Shown here: piece after piece, positions 9,648 through 19,539 of the stretch | Numbering within the stretch: position 1 is the stretch's first letter | Layout: each line of letters starts with the position of its first letter | From: Macrostomum lignano | Lineage: Eukaryota | Direction: 5' to 3' | DNA: 31,110 nt | Assembly (NCBI GenBank): GCA_002269645.1 | Contig: NIVC01004049.1 | Coordinates: 1-31,110 of the forward strand | Program-made: the position numbers and the translations under genes | The notes under the pieces: model-generated | What the model saw: only the letters and a program-made list of their open reading frames with translations | Told to the model about the DNA's origin: nothing | The model's database searches: none

Positions 9648-10511
9648 ATGGAAGCTATAGCCGAAAGACTAAACAATATTATTTCGCACTCCAAGGAGAG
9701 CATTCCTATTACAATAACTGGGCGGATTAATGACTCAAACGGGATATTTGTTCAAAAATTAGAGCAGGCGATTAGCCTGGATCCAGGTGCTAATTACCAT
9801 GTCTATCTTAACGACTTCACTGGTTGGTCAAACGTTCCCAATGTGACGGCAGCAAATAATAAGTTTTATTACAAATGGAAAGGTGCAGCAGCAGAACCTG
9901 TGGTATTCCCTGTGAGCACGCAAAGTGTGGATACCTACAATTACTTTCTAGAAAACGTCTTTACTAAAAGAGGCCATTTTGAGACACCTGATATGAGTAA
10001 GCCAGAGAAGAAACTGTTCCCTGTTAAACTAACCTATGATCTCACTGTAATGAGAGTGGTCATGCAAGTTCACAAAGATGCGGAGGTTGAGTTTAAAGAT
10101 GACACTTGGTATAGGGAATTGGGATTCGTGAAGAAAGTTTATAAGGCAGAATCCACAGCGCGGACTGTCACTCAAGCATCGGGGGCCGTTAGCATGGCCC
10201 GGGAAAGTGTACGCGGTTTGTTCTTAGCACCCAATATAGCAGACATTGTAAAGGGTTTGAATATTCTAATCAGAACTAATCTCAGTCTTGATTGGGTATT
10301 TAAGGGAAAGCGAACTAATATTTTGTACAACATCTCCAACTCTGTAGCTGGAGGACAGATGGTGGTAGAGAAACCAAATCCAGTGAAAAGAGTTGTATTG
10401 AGTAATAAGGAGATTCACGAGATTGTGCTTCAGTTTGAGACTGAAGATGGGGTGGGTGTTGATTTTAATGGGGAAGAGTTTGTATTGACGTTAATCATTG
10501 AGAGAATGTGA
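9648..10511 (+). CDS. Minor capsid protein (penton, single jelly-roll)
   Basis: ISLD...YHVYL...SNVPNVT..NNKFYY and terminal EDGVGVDFNGEEFVLTL. ATG at 9648 follows a run of As; the track start at 9633 is TTG. Confidence 0.85.
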   Translation: MEAIAERLNNIISHSKESIPITITGRINDSNGIFVQKLEQAISLDPGANYHVYLNDFTGWSNVPNVTAANNKFYYKWKGAAAEPVVFPVSTQSVDTYNYFLENVFTKRGHFETPDMSKPEKKLFPVKLTYDLTVMRVVMQVHKDAEVEFKDDTWYRELGFVKKVYKAESTARTVTQASGAVSMARESVRGLFLAPNIADIVKGLNILIRTNLSLDWVFKGKRTNILYNISNSVAGGQMVVEKPNPVKRVVLSNKEIHEIVLQFETEDGVGVDFNGEEFVLTLIIERM

Positions 10512-10954
10512 GAAATCACAATTGCCTAATGATTTCTGCAAAGTTATAGTAGCTGTCATAATCTTTTACATAGGTTACTCCATACTTATGAAACCAATGT
10601 CTTTGGAGAGCTTGATTAATATTAGGGACATTGATTTGAACGTCGGGCCAATATTTTCTCATGTATTCGCTGCATTCAAGTTTGCATCGGTACTTACTCT
10701 TGTAATTAGGCTCGTGCGTTTTTTAATAAGAACCTGGAGAGACAACTGGAAACATTTTTATTGAAAATTTAATTTTTTTCAAAGGGTAAGGACCCTGCGC
10801 TGATGATTTAAAGTCTTAGGGATCTGGTTTCACGTTGCGGATTGAATGTGGGGAGAAGAATGCAGATTATTTTCTGATTGTTTCGAAGATGCTATGGGTG
10901 GATGTCAGTGGATTATGTCAGTGTCAGTGAGCATAACAGGTGTCCTACTGTTAT

Positions 10955-11522
10955 GCTCTGATTCTGTCAGGGATAATGCTCTGATTCTGTCAGGGATAAT
11001 ATGGATGGATTTAATGGAATTATGGAGGACGTTTTGTGAGCGAGTGCGACCCCCCTTTTTTTCTGATTCTGTCAGGGATAATATGGATGGATTTAATGGG
11101 ATTATGGAGGACGTTTTTGGAGCAGGTGCGACCCCCCTTTTTTTCTGATTCTGTCAGGGATAATATGGATGGATTTAATGGGATTATGGAGGACGTTTTC
11201 GGAGCGAGTGCGACCCCCCTTTTTTTCTGATTCTGTCAGGGATAATATGGATGGATTTAGGTGGATTATGGAGGACGTTTTCGGAGCGAGTGCGACTCCC
11301 CTTTTTTTCTGATTCTGTCAGGGATAATATGGATGGATTTAGGTGGATTATGGAGGACGTTTTCGGAGCGAGTGCGACCCCCCTTTTTTTCTGATTCTGT
11401 CAGGGATAATATGGATGGATTTAGGTGGATTATGGAGGACGTTTTCGGAGCGAGTGCGACCCCCCTTTTTTTCTGATTCTGTCAGGGATAATATGGATGG
11501 ATTTAGGTGGATTATGGAGGAG
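10955..11522. repeat. Subterminal 82-bp tandem array, about 6.6 copies, preceded by a 23-bp partial duplication
   Basis: CTGATTCTGTCAGGGATAAT starts at 10981, 11063, 11145, 11227, 11309, 11391 and 11473; extra partial copy at 10958. Confidence 0.97.
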
Positions 11523-12117
11523 GTGAAAAATTTTGTCCCAGAAGCCCCCTCATGACATCTACTCACTAGTTAAAAATAACCTTGATTATATTTTGATATT
11601 CTGCGATACAAGTAAAAAAATTTAAACGTACCGTTTCATTGAAGCGTAACTTTAATCATGCAATTGAACTTAAAAATGGTTTATAGCAATAAAAGGAGTC
11701 AAAGGACATCCAAAGTTCGAAACATATAAAATTGACTATTGTTGAAGAAAGTTTCTGGCATGACAATTCTATTTTTTGACGATATGAATTTTCAAGAGCT
11801 GGTACAATTACGTAAAGTTTCAAGCTTGTGTAATACAAATGTATTATTTTAATGTTAATTCGTTACCATAGCTACTCTAATTAAAAATCAGCACTTCTGA
11901 GAGCTCAGTAGTCAGTGCCTACGCGAGATCCCCCTATTGTGTAATTGTGCAGCGAAGTACATAAGTACATGTACTCTGAAAAAGATTACTATACCGAGTC
12001 ATTATAGCATGATATATATAGTATGTACGTGGTTTAATTGGTTTCGAGGCTTAGTCGAATTTAAACTTTAACGGAAACATTACGTTTGCACACAGTTAGG
12101 CCTGGTGTATGCATGCA

Positions 12118-14709
12118 TACGGCTGTTCTGCGCGTATGCACCCACCGCTGCTGATCAACCCCGAGGAGGCTCGTGGCTTCTTCAACTTCCTGGCTGGGCA
12201 GCGGGAAGAGGTGCCAAACTGCGACACGCTGGCGGTGCTCGGAGACCTGAACGCAGTTCCGCGGAGGTCCGAGCGCTCGCCCTTTTCGCGGGACGCGAGA
12301 ACGCCAACACCAATGCACTAGCTGGAGGACCTGCTTGACCGGCTGGACTGGTGTCCGCAAGCCCCCTGCCCGCCTGGTTACCTTTGCGGGCTGCCAGAGA
12401 AGGCATCGGAACGCACGCGGGCGGAACGCCACGAGGAGACTGGCGCAACTCGATCATGCGCTGGTTCGCACTCGCGAGCGCCGCTGCGTCACCAACTGCG
12501 ACACCATGGCTCCATTCTCCGGTCAGACCACCAACCTGCTCTGCGACTTGCGGCTCCTTGACCATCTCTACCAACCGCCAAAGCAGCGGAAACAGCGTTA
12601 CTATCGCGCTCTGTTGGGCACCCGCGTGAAGCGTCATTTCGCGGGCGCCTTCGTCGCCGCGCTTGCGGACCAGCGCGAGGCGGAGTATTCCGAAATCAGC
12701 ACCGCCGTTAGAGCCGCTGCGGAGCAGACGGTCCAGCCGATGCAGCCAGCGTAGAAATCGCTGCCTGTCTGGCAGAGCGACCCGAACATCGGGCAAGCGC
12801 GGCTCAACATCGAGCGACTCCGCAGAAACCAGCGGCCCACGGACGACGCTGAAGACGCGTTTGAGCGCCTTCTAGACAAGCGGCAGGAGGCCGCTTTCGA
12901 CGACGCCGTCAGGTCCATCACTGCAGCTGGCCCCGACGGTAAAGAGCCGCGCAGTGTGGACGGCCGTTCGGACTCTGACGGGGCGTAAAAAGCGCGTGGC
13001 GCTGAATCTGGCCGGCGACACCCCGGAGAAGCGCAGGAATGAATTGCGCGACTTCTTCGCCGGCATAGTGAACGCGCCCGCGTCGCCGCTGCCTGTCAGT
13101 TTTGCGCTCCCACTGGACACGCCGCTCCCAGCTGAGGGAGGACTTCTGCACCAGACCAGTCACCACGAAGGACGTTCTGCTGTTCGCTCGGAAAACATCA
13201 GGCGACAAGGCGCTCGGCCTCGACGAGGTCCCGGTCGAAGCGCTGCGGCTCCGCTGTGTGGCCTCCCAGGTCATAGGCGTCATGAACCGCGTGCTCGCCG
13301 GCGCTCCTGCGCCTACCGAGTGGACCGTCGTGCACATTGTGCCGATCCCGAAGAAGGCAGGGACAATGCGGAAAGAAGACCACCGCGGGATCTCGCTAAT
13401 GTCCTGCACCGCGAAGCTCTTCAATCGGCTGCTGCTCGATCGTCTGCATTCGGTGCTGGACCCGTACCTGCGGTACGAGCAGAACGGATTCCGGCCGCAA
13501 CACGGTACAGTGACATAGATCCTCGCACTCCGCCGTGTCATCGAGGAGGTGCGCATCCGCCAGTCTTTGCTGATCATTGTCTTCGTTGACTTTGACTCGT
13601 TGAGAGCCGCGCTTCCCTTTGTCCTTCGAGCCTATCGGGTACCCCAGCAGCTAATCGACGCTGTCATGGCGCTGTATCGCGACACTCGAGCTGCTGTGGT
13701 GACGGCGGACGGCTTGTCTGACCTGTTTGACACTTCATCACGAGTTTTGCAGGGCGACACGCTGGCGCCGTTTCTCTTCGTGCTGCTGCTGGACTGGGTG
13801 CTTCGGACCGCACTCCCTGCTGACGACGGCTTCCTGCTGCGCAGACGCATCGGTCGCCGCCATAGCGAATAGCGCCTAAGCGTGCTTGGCTACGCCGACG
13901 ACCTCTTCTTCCTGTCCTCGTCCGTTGAAGGCGCCCAGCGCCAGATCGACGGTTGGTCGAGGTGGCATCGAGCATCGGACTGGTTGTCAACACGCTGAAG
14001 ACCGAGGTGCTGACTGTGACGGCCGACATCCCAGCGGACCTGACATGCCGCGGCGTAGACGGGCAGACGACAATGCTCGCACGCTGCCAGCGGTCCACCT
14101 ACCTTCGGCGGTCTGGTGCCTCACGTGGACAAAGACCTCCGGCGGCGCAGAGAACGTGCCTGGGCGGCCTTCCGTTCGATCCGGGCCGTTCTCCAGTCTG
14201 AAGCGCTTCCCGACCGCCAAAGGGCTCGGCTGTGGCAGGCGGTGGTCGAAACCGTCCTGCTCTACAACGGAGACGTGGACGCTGACGGCTACACTAGAGC
14301 GGCAGCTGGACTCGGCACACTCAGGGCTTCTCCGTGCGGCCTTTCGAGCTGATGAGAGAGAGCGTCGGGACCGAGGCCCTGTACGATCGGGCCAAGCTGC
14401 AGCGCCCGTCTATCATCCTGCGCCGGCGACCACTTCAACGTGATCCACGTGATCCGGGCCGAGGGCTACTGCCCCCAACATGTTCAGGACGTCCTGCTGC
14501 TCACTCTTCAGGGCTCGCTCAGGTGGGGTCAGGCCCAAACCCCTCGATACGTGGACTGCCTCCTACGCGACGCCGGGGCGCCCGACACTGCCAATGGGGC
14601 GGACTTCGTTCGCTCCCAGGCTCTGCGGCGCGCCATTTGACGCACCCTGCTCTAACTGTGACTGTGCATGCGGGGTCGCGTATTTTGTTGTTGTTGTTGT
14701 TGTTGTTGC
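12118..14709 (+). mobile_element. 5'-truncated, degenerate non-LTR retrotransposon (APE + RT), RTE-like
   Basis: APE motifs YAPT, GDLNA, QLDH, SDH; RT motifs IVPIPKK, RGISL, QNGFR, FVDF, QGDTLAPFLF, YADD (13891-13902); in-frame TAGs ending at 12754, 13518 and 13872; (TTG)n tail; ATGCATGCA on both flanks. Confidence 0.9.
14685..14708 (+). repeat. (TTG)n microsatellite tail of the retrotransposon
   Basis: About 8 TTG units directly before the right TSD candidate. Confidence 0.9.
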
Positions 14710-15597
14710 ATGCATGCAATGACATCAAATTTTAATGAAGTTTAGGCCCCGTACGTTATAGATATATCTCGTACTGGATCGGAGGACCCACGCATTTGAA
14801 TTATAGCTTCATCGTATATCTACATCTAATTTTAGGAATTCGGTCTGACCCATAGATGCAGGCAGTTACATTCACTTAGTTATATATGGTTTATAAATGG
14901 TGAGAATATACCGAATAGATCGCGCGTAATTATGAGTTGTATAAATGGCCAATCATGGCACCAGGTGGAGGATAAATGGCACGTGAAAAACTGCAACAGC
15001 CACGTCGTGAGGAGCAATACAGGAATATCATGAGATCAAGTCGCAGTAAAAGTCGCTGTTCCTGCCCATTTGACGACAATGCACCAATTGCTTCTAGAAC
15101 AAGAAGCGCTCTTCGACACCGCAATTCAGTGAGCAGTTCTCAAATTTATCGTTTCACCGGTGCTCAAAAAAAGCAGCGACGAGTCCGAGAGCTCAAATGA
15201 TGCCTGGAACAATATATTTTCCCTAAATTCTCTGGAGCAATCGAACCGTAGTGTACCACTGGATGTCACCAGTTCAAGCTCGTCTATCAACCGACGCAAC
15301 CCAAGCAACTCAAGGAGTCGATCTCGCATCTCTAACGGCCCTTCCAAATTGATTTATCGAATTTTTGCTTTCGTATTTTATCGTTTACTGGTTTCGTTTG
15401 CAACTAGGTGCGCAGATTTTGTGACTGGAACTATTTTAACTTGGTTAAAACTATTACTGCTGGTTCCTGTGGCTCGGTGGCTCGGTTTTAGATAGTAATA
15501 GTAAGCATCGGGACAATAGCTGCGTCCCAAGTGCATGTCAACTCATCCTAGGTTTCCTAAATGCCTGTCATCTCTACGGTGTGCCTATTGTCTGGCT

Positions 15598-15902
15598 CCA
15601 CATCCGGTGTGTCCCAACTGCATGTTACCTCATTTGCGGTGTCCCAACTGCATGTACCTCATCCGGTGTGTCCCAACTGCATGTACCTCATCCGCGGTGT
15701 CCCAAATTCATTTTACCTCATCCGCGGTGTCCCAAATGCCTGTCGACATCTCATCCGCAGTGTGCCAAATGCCTGTCGACATCTCATCCGCAGTGTGCCA
15801 AATGCCTGTCGACATCTCATCCGCAGTGTGCCAAATGCCTGTCGACATCTCATCCGCGGTGTCCCAAATGCCTGTCGACATCTCATCCGCAGTGTGCCAA
15901 AT
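15598..15902. repeat. Minisatellite with 29-30 bp units grading into 33-bp units
   Basis: CATCCG(C)GGTGTCCCAACTGCATGTACCT-type units, then five GCCTGTCGACATCTCATCCGCAGTGTGCCAAAT units from 15738. Confidence 0.93.
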
Positions 15903-16307
15903 TCCCCATTGATCTGATGCATTTTATGTATAAGGCGCGAAAGGAATGTATTTTGTTGAACAAAAAAAACTCAGCAATGAAAGCAGACACCTGCACATGT
16001 ATGGCATGCATACATGAAGGTTTGGTTAATGAGTCATACAATGGAACAATGCGCCATTTAAGACTCTGCACTTCTGCATTGCTTTTACAATAGTTCAACA
16101 AGCTTTTATTTTTTAACTCTCAAACAAAAAAACTGCCAGAGTGACAATAGGCTGTACTACACTTTAAGCAAAGGGAATAGCTCTAGAAACTAGACTACTT
16201 ATACTTATAAGAAGCTATCTTTAATGGCAGAATTAACATTCGCAGAATCCGCTTAGCTCATTCACAAAATTCACGTAGCCATTGTATACAGTACGTAGGG
16301 GCAAATA

Positions 16308-16558
16308 TACTCAGCAACATTGAAAAGTCGCCACCCTATGCGCCATGGGCAATTTCTCTTGGACTATTCTGAAATCGGGGTAGCTTTTATCCGTCCAGCC
16401 CTCGCACACCGCTCCCCCACTTCATTTCTCAACTCAAGTCTGCCGCGGCTTAGCTGAGTTGCGTCACTCGCAAACATTGAGGGACTTACCTGCACTCTCA
16501 AAAGTGGCGACCACAGATGGAATCTTCTGTGATGAGGAATTTTCAATGTTGGTGAGTA
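16308..16558. mobile_element. 251-bp Tc1/mariner-type MITE
   Basis: TA-flanked imperfect TIRs: TACTCAGCAACATTGAAAAGTCGCCAC on the left and its reverse complement, interrupted by about 28 bp, on the right. Confidence 0.7.
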
Positions 16559-17112
16559 TACATTCACCCAGACACAATGTGAATTAGTTTTAGCCATTTT
16601 TTCCACAGTTGCTCCCCTTCCTAGGTAACACATCACGTTACTGCTTTCCTACATTTATCATCTATCATCTAACCTGCTTTGTCGGAAAACTGTCGTGTGG
16701 TGTAATGATTGACATCTGTGCAGGGCTAAAGTACATTGTAAAGAACTTTTACCCAGGCACAATGACAAGTCAAAACGGCTCCATTATTACACAATTCAGC
16801 GACTTCACCGGGAGATTTTTCAATTGATAGAAGGAGGCGTACTGCCGTGATTTTATTGAACTAATTAAAAATTGATGACCAAGTTATAGAGTCACCTATT
16901 ATCTTATCTGATAGCCAAGATAATCTCTGACCAAGTGACCAATCAGTTCACCCAACTCCATCTCTCATCCAATCAAATCAAATTTAAAAGTGTTGAATAA
17001 TGGCCGCTCAAAAGTGTGTTAAAAAAACCGAAAAAGTGTGCAAAATTTGCCGCAAAAGTGTGTGAAATTGACCCGTGTGCTAGGTAAAAATTCCATACAA
17101 TGCGCTTGTATA

Positions 17113-17200
17113 TACTCAACAACATTAAAAAGTCGCCACCTTTGAGAGTGCGCAGTAAATTCTAGCTCAGTATTGACTTTTGAGTGACGCGACGCAGAGT
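17113..17200 (+). mobile_element. Unpaired TIR end of the same Tc1-like family
   Basis: TA followed by TACTCAACAACATTAAAAAGTCGCCACCTTTGAGAGTG, which matches the MITE right end in inverted orientation. Confidence 0.6.
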
Positions 17201-17236
17201 TGGGCTGGGTGAGGAGGGATTGGGAAAGATTGAATA

Positions 17237-17855
17237 CACTTAGCAACAGTCAAAACCGCCACCCTACCGAGAGAGGCGACTTCTCTCTCACCTCCACTGC
17301 AAGTGACGTAACTTGCGCCACGGTGTGGCTAAAGCTGGGTGCGAGTGAATGGAGGAGAGGGCAATCAGGGGATGCAGGGGATGCCCCATCTGTTTCTTTC
17401 ACCCCACATTAGACTGAGCAGGGTGGCTGGCGCGGTCGGAGTTCGCCTGACAATCCGCAGCAGACGTCGATTTGCCCTGGCTGTTGCGATGCGGAGATCA
17501 TGGCGCTGGCTGCCTATGGCTGCGTGCTGAACACTACCAGTATCTTGGGACTTCGTTAACAGCGCTCGAATTGTTGAACGTGATCGGCCAAATTGGCGAG
17601 CAACTGCGCTGATGGATGCACCAGCTTCTAGCATGCCAACAGCGCGCCATCGTTCAGCGTCTGTAATATGCCTGACCATTCTCACGTGTACTGTTGCACC
17701 CCCAACCCCAACCCCAGTCCCTTTTGTACTCTCACCCTGGAATTCACTCTCACCCAGCTTTAGCCACTCCGTGGCGCAAGTTACGTCACTTGCAGTTGAG
17801 GTGAGAGAGAAGTCGCCTCTCTCGGTAGGGTGGCGGTTTTGACTGTTGCTGAGTG
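17237..17855 (-). mobile_element. 619-bp internally deleted Tc1/mariner element with ~115-bp TIRs
   Basis: TA at 17235-36 and 17856-57; near-perfect inverted repeats CACT(T/C)AGCAACAGTCAAAACCGCCACCCTACCGAGAGAGGCGAC. Confidence 0.92.
17365..17679 (-). pseudogene. Tc1-like transposase N-terminal HTH only; no DDE domain
   Basis: MVRHITDAERWRAVGMLEAGASISAVARQFGRSRSTIRALLTKSQDTGSV fits the paired-like HTH of Tc1 transposases. Confidence 0.85.
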
Positions 17856-18980
17856 TAGATTGAAGCTTCTGCCCGGTTTTCATTGTTTTTCAAAGCTTTT
17901 AGAAATAGTTGGCCAGGTGATAGACAACAGGTCATACGTGATGCTGGTCGAAAGACAGGTTCTGTCCTTCATCGACTCTATTCACGCAAAGAAGAAAGTT
18001 CAAATTAAAAAAACTGATTGAATTCGATATAGCAGCGAAGAAGTCAACAACTGTGACGTTGACAATGAGTTCGTGAAAACTCACCTTGCAGAGGTTGCAA
18101 TAATTGAGCACTGCTCAACGCAATACTCAAGGACTCCGCATTGTCTACCATATACTGTACGATGGCTTGTTGCCAGCCGATCGTATTTCAATGGTGCAGT
18201 GAGCATGTTAAAAACTGTGCTCATAGTTGCAGTCTTTCAGACTATCGGGTAACAACAAATCGGAACTTGTACCGTCTATTACAGGATCGGATACGGCGAG
18301 GCTACAGCTCTCAAGGACTGCATGATATGCACTTTATTGTAGTACTGTGTATGCAACAGATATCTAATGTATGACTGCATAACTGCATGACTAACAACCT
18401 AGTTAGCCAGATTGAGGCCCTAGTTTTGTTTTTTTGCTTAAGTAAAAACGAAAGCTGGCACGTTTTAAGTAAGAGTTTTAAATCTATAATCGTCATGATT
18501 TGCAGTCACCATTGAAATCATTTTTAAGCTTGTCAAATATTTTGAACATCACAACTTGTATCAACGGCTTGTTAGGACAATTTTTCGGCTTTTTTATACT
18601 TCAGCTTGTTGCAACGACGTAGGACGAAGAAGTAACGATGAAGCTTCGCTTAGTATATACTACTTTTAAATCATATAAACAGTCACTCAAGAACATAAAA
18701 TATATAGAATCGTCCGCAGTTCAATTTCCGCGATTGAACATTCGACTAATCTGAGAATCCGAGTAAGTTCCGCTTAGGAAAGATTAAAAAAGAGGCACGT
18801 TCCGCAATTTCCTTCTCACCTTTGTCCATCAAATCTCAAATATAAATTTTAGCCTCTCTTCAATTATGAATGTAGAATAATATTCATGATTGCAATTATG
18901 GCTCGTAGCTAGGTCACTGTATTCCTAACTCAATAACTGCTTCCGTAAATTTAATCAGCTTGCAAAATTGTTCCAGGCAG

Positions 18981-19200
18981 CTACATAATTAGAGATTGGT
19001 GAACGAACGTAGACCGCGCTGCCGACAAAGTCCGCGGGGCGCCAGGGGGGGGGGTCGGCCAGCAGGTAATCAAGGAAACGCCGCTTCGATTACGTGGCTT
19101 AACCATCTTACAGGTCACGCAGCTTCCGATGTGCTGTTTCACGCCTTTATCCAAACCGGGCCACCGAGCGCGCACCTCCTAGCATGCCAGCATGCGTTCG
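18981..19200 (-). pseudogene. Ty3/gypsy-type integrase zinc-binding (H2C2) remnant
   Basis: WPGLDKGVKQHIGSCVTCKMVK matches WP...V..C..C..K; sits in a GC-rich patch; stop codons just upstream. Confidence 0.6.
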
Positions 19201-19539
19201 AGTTCGAGTCAACTTGCTGTTCGAGCGAGTCCATCCGCGTCCAGGTTGCGGCCTTCACAGAATCAAGGGCAGCGAAGTCAAAGCGAATCCTAGCGAACGT
19301 CGGGGACCAGACCACAGAAGTAGATGAAGCTATGCACTTTCGTGTGAGTGTTTTCCTGCGCGTATGACTGCGTATCTATCTATCCGCGCGCTTGTGTGTC
19401 TGCTCAGGGAAGTCGTCGGAATGGGCAGCAATGCGTCTCGCCGGTTGTGCGACAATGTCGCTTAAAGTGTTTTTAGTAAGAACTAGCAATCTACGCCCCC
19501 CGTTGGGGAGCCAAAGAAATGCAATACACGTTTTTTTAA

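Larger units (their letters stand above)
1..11567. mobile_element. Endogenous Polinton/Maverick (adintovirus-like polintovirus), right-hand portion; left end outside the window
   Basis: Tightly packed pPolB, cysteine protease, packaging ATPase, MCP and penton, followed by a subterminal tandem array. Right boundary inferred. Confidence 0.93.

Noticed and set aside
10498-10764. 88-aa hydrophobic ORF after the penton
   Set aside because: TTG start overlapping the penton end, no A-rich ATG and no recognisable motif. A small membrane protein cannot be excluded.
6485-11522. CRISPR-like look of the 21-bp and 82-bp arrays
   Set aside because: No unique spacers, no cas genes, and a eukaryotic context.
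10846-11566. Overlapping ORFs with repeated peptides
   Set aside because: Translations of the 82-bp array; the frame shifts with each unit.
12061-14735. Many overlapping Arg/Ala/Pro-rich ORFs on both strands
   Set aside because: Alternative frames of the GC-rich retrotransposon.
14930-15495. Short ORFs on both strands, one Leu-rich
   Set aside because: No convincing domain or splice structure.
16950-17010. Two CCAAT boxes and a YY1-like ATGGCCGC
   Set aside because: Short motifs with no downstream gene or other support.
18104-18119. Perfect 7-bp inverted repeat TTGAGCA-C-TGCTCAA
   Set aside because: Expected by chance in a window of this size.
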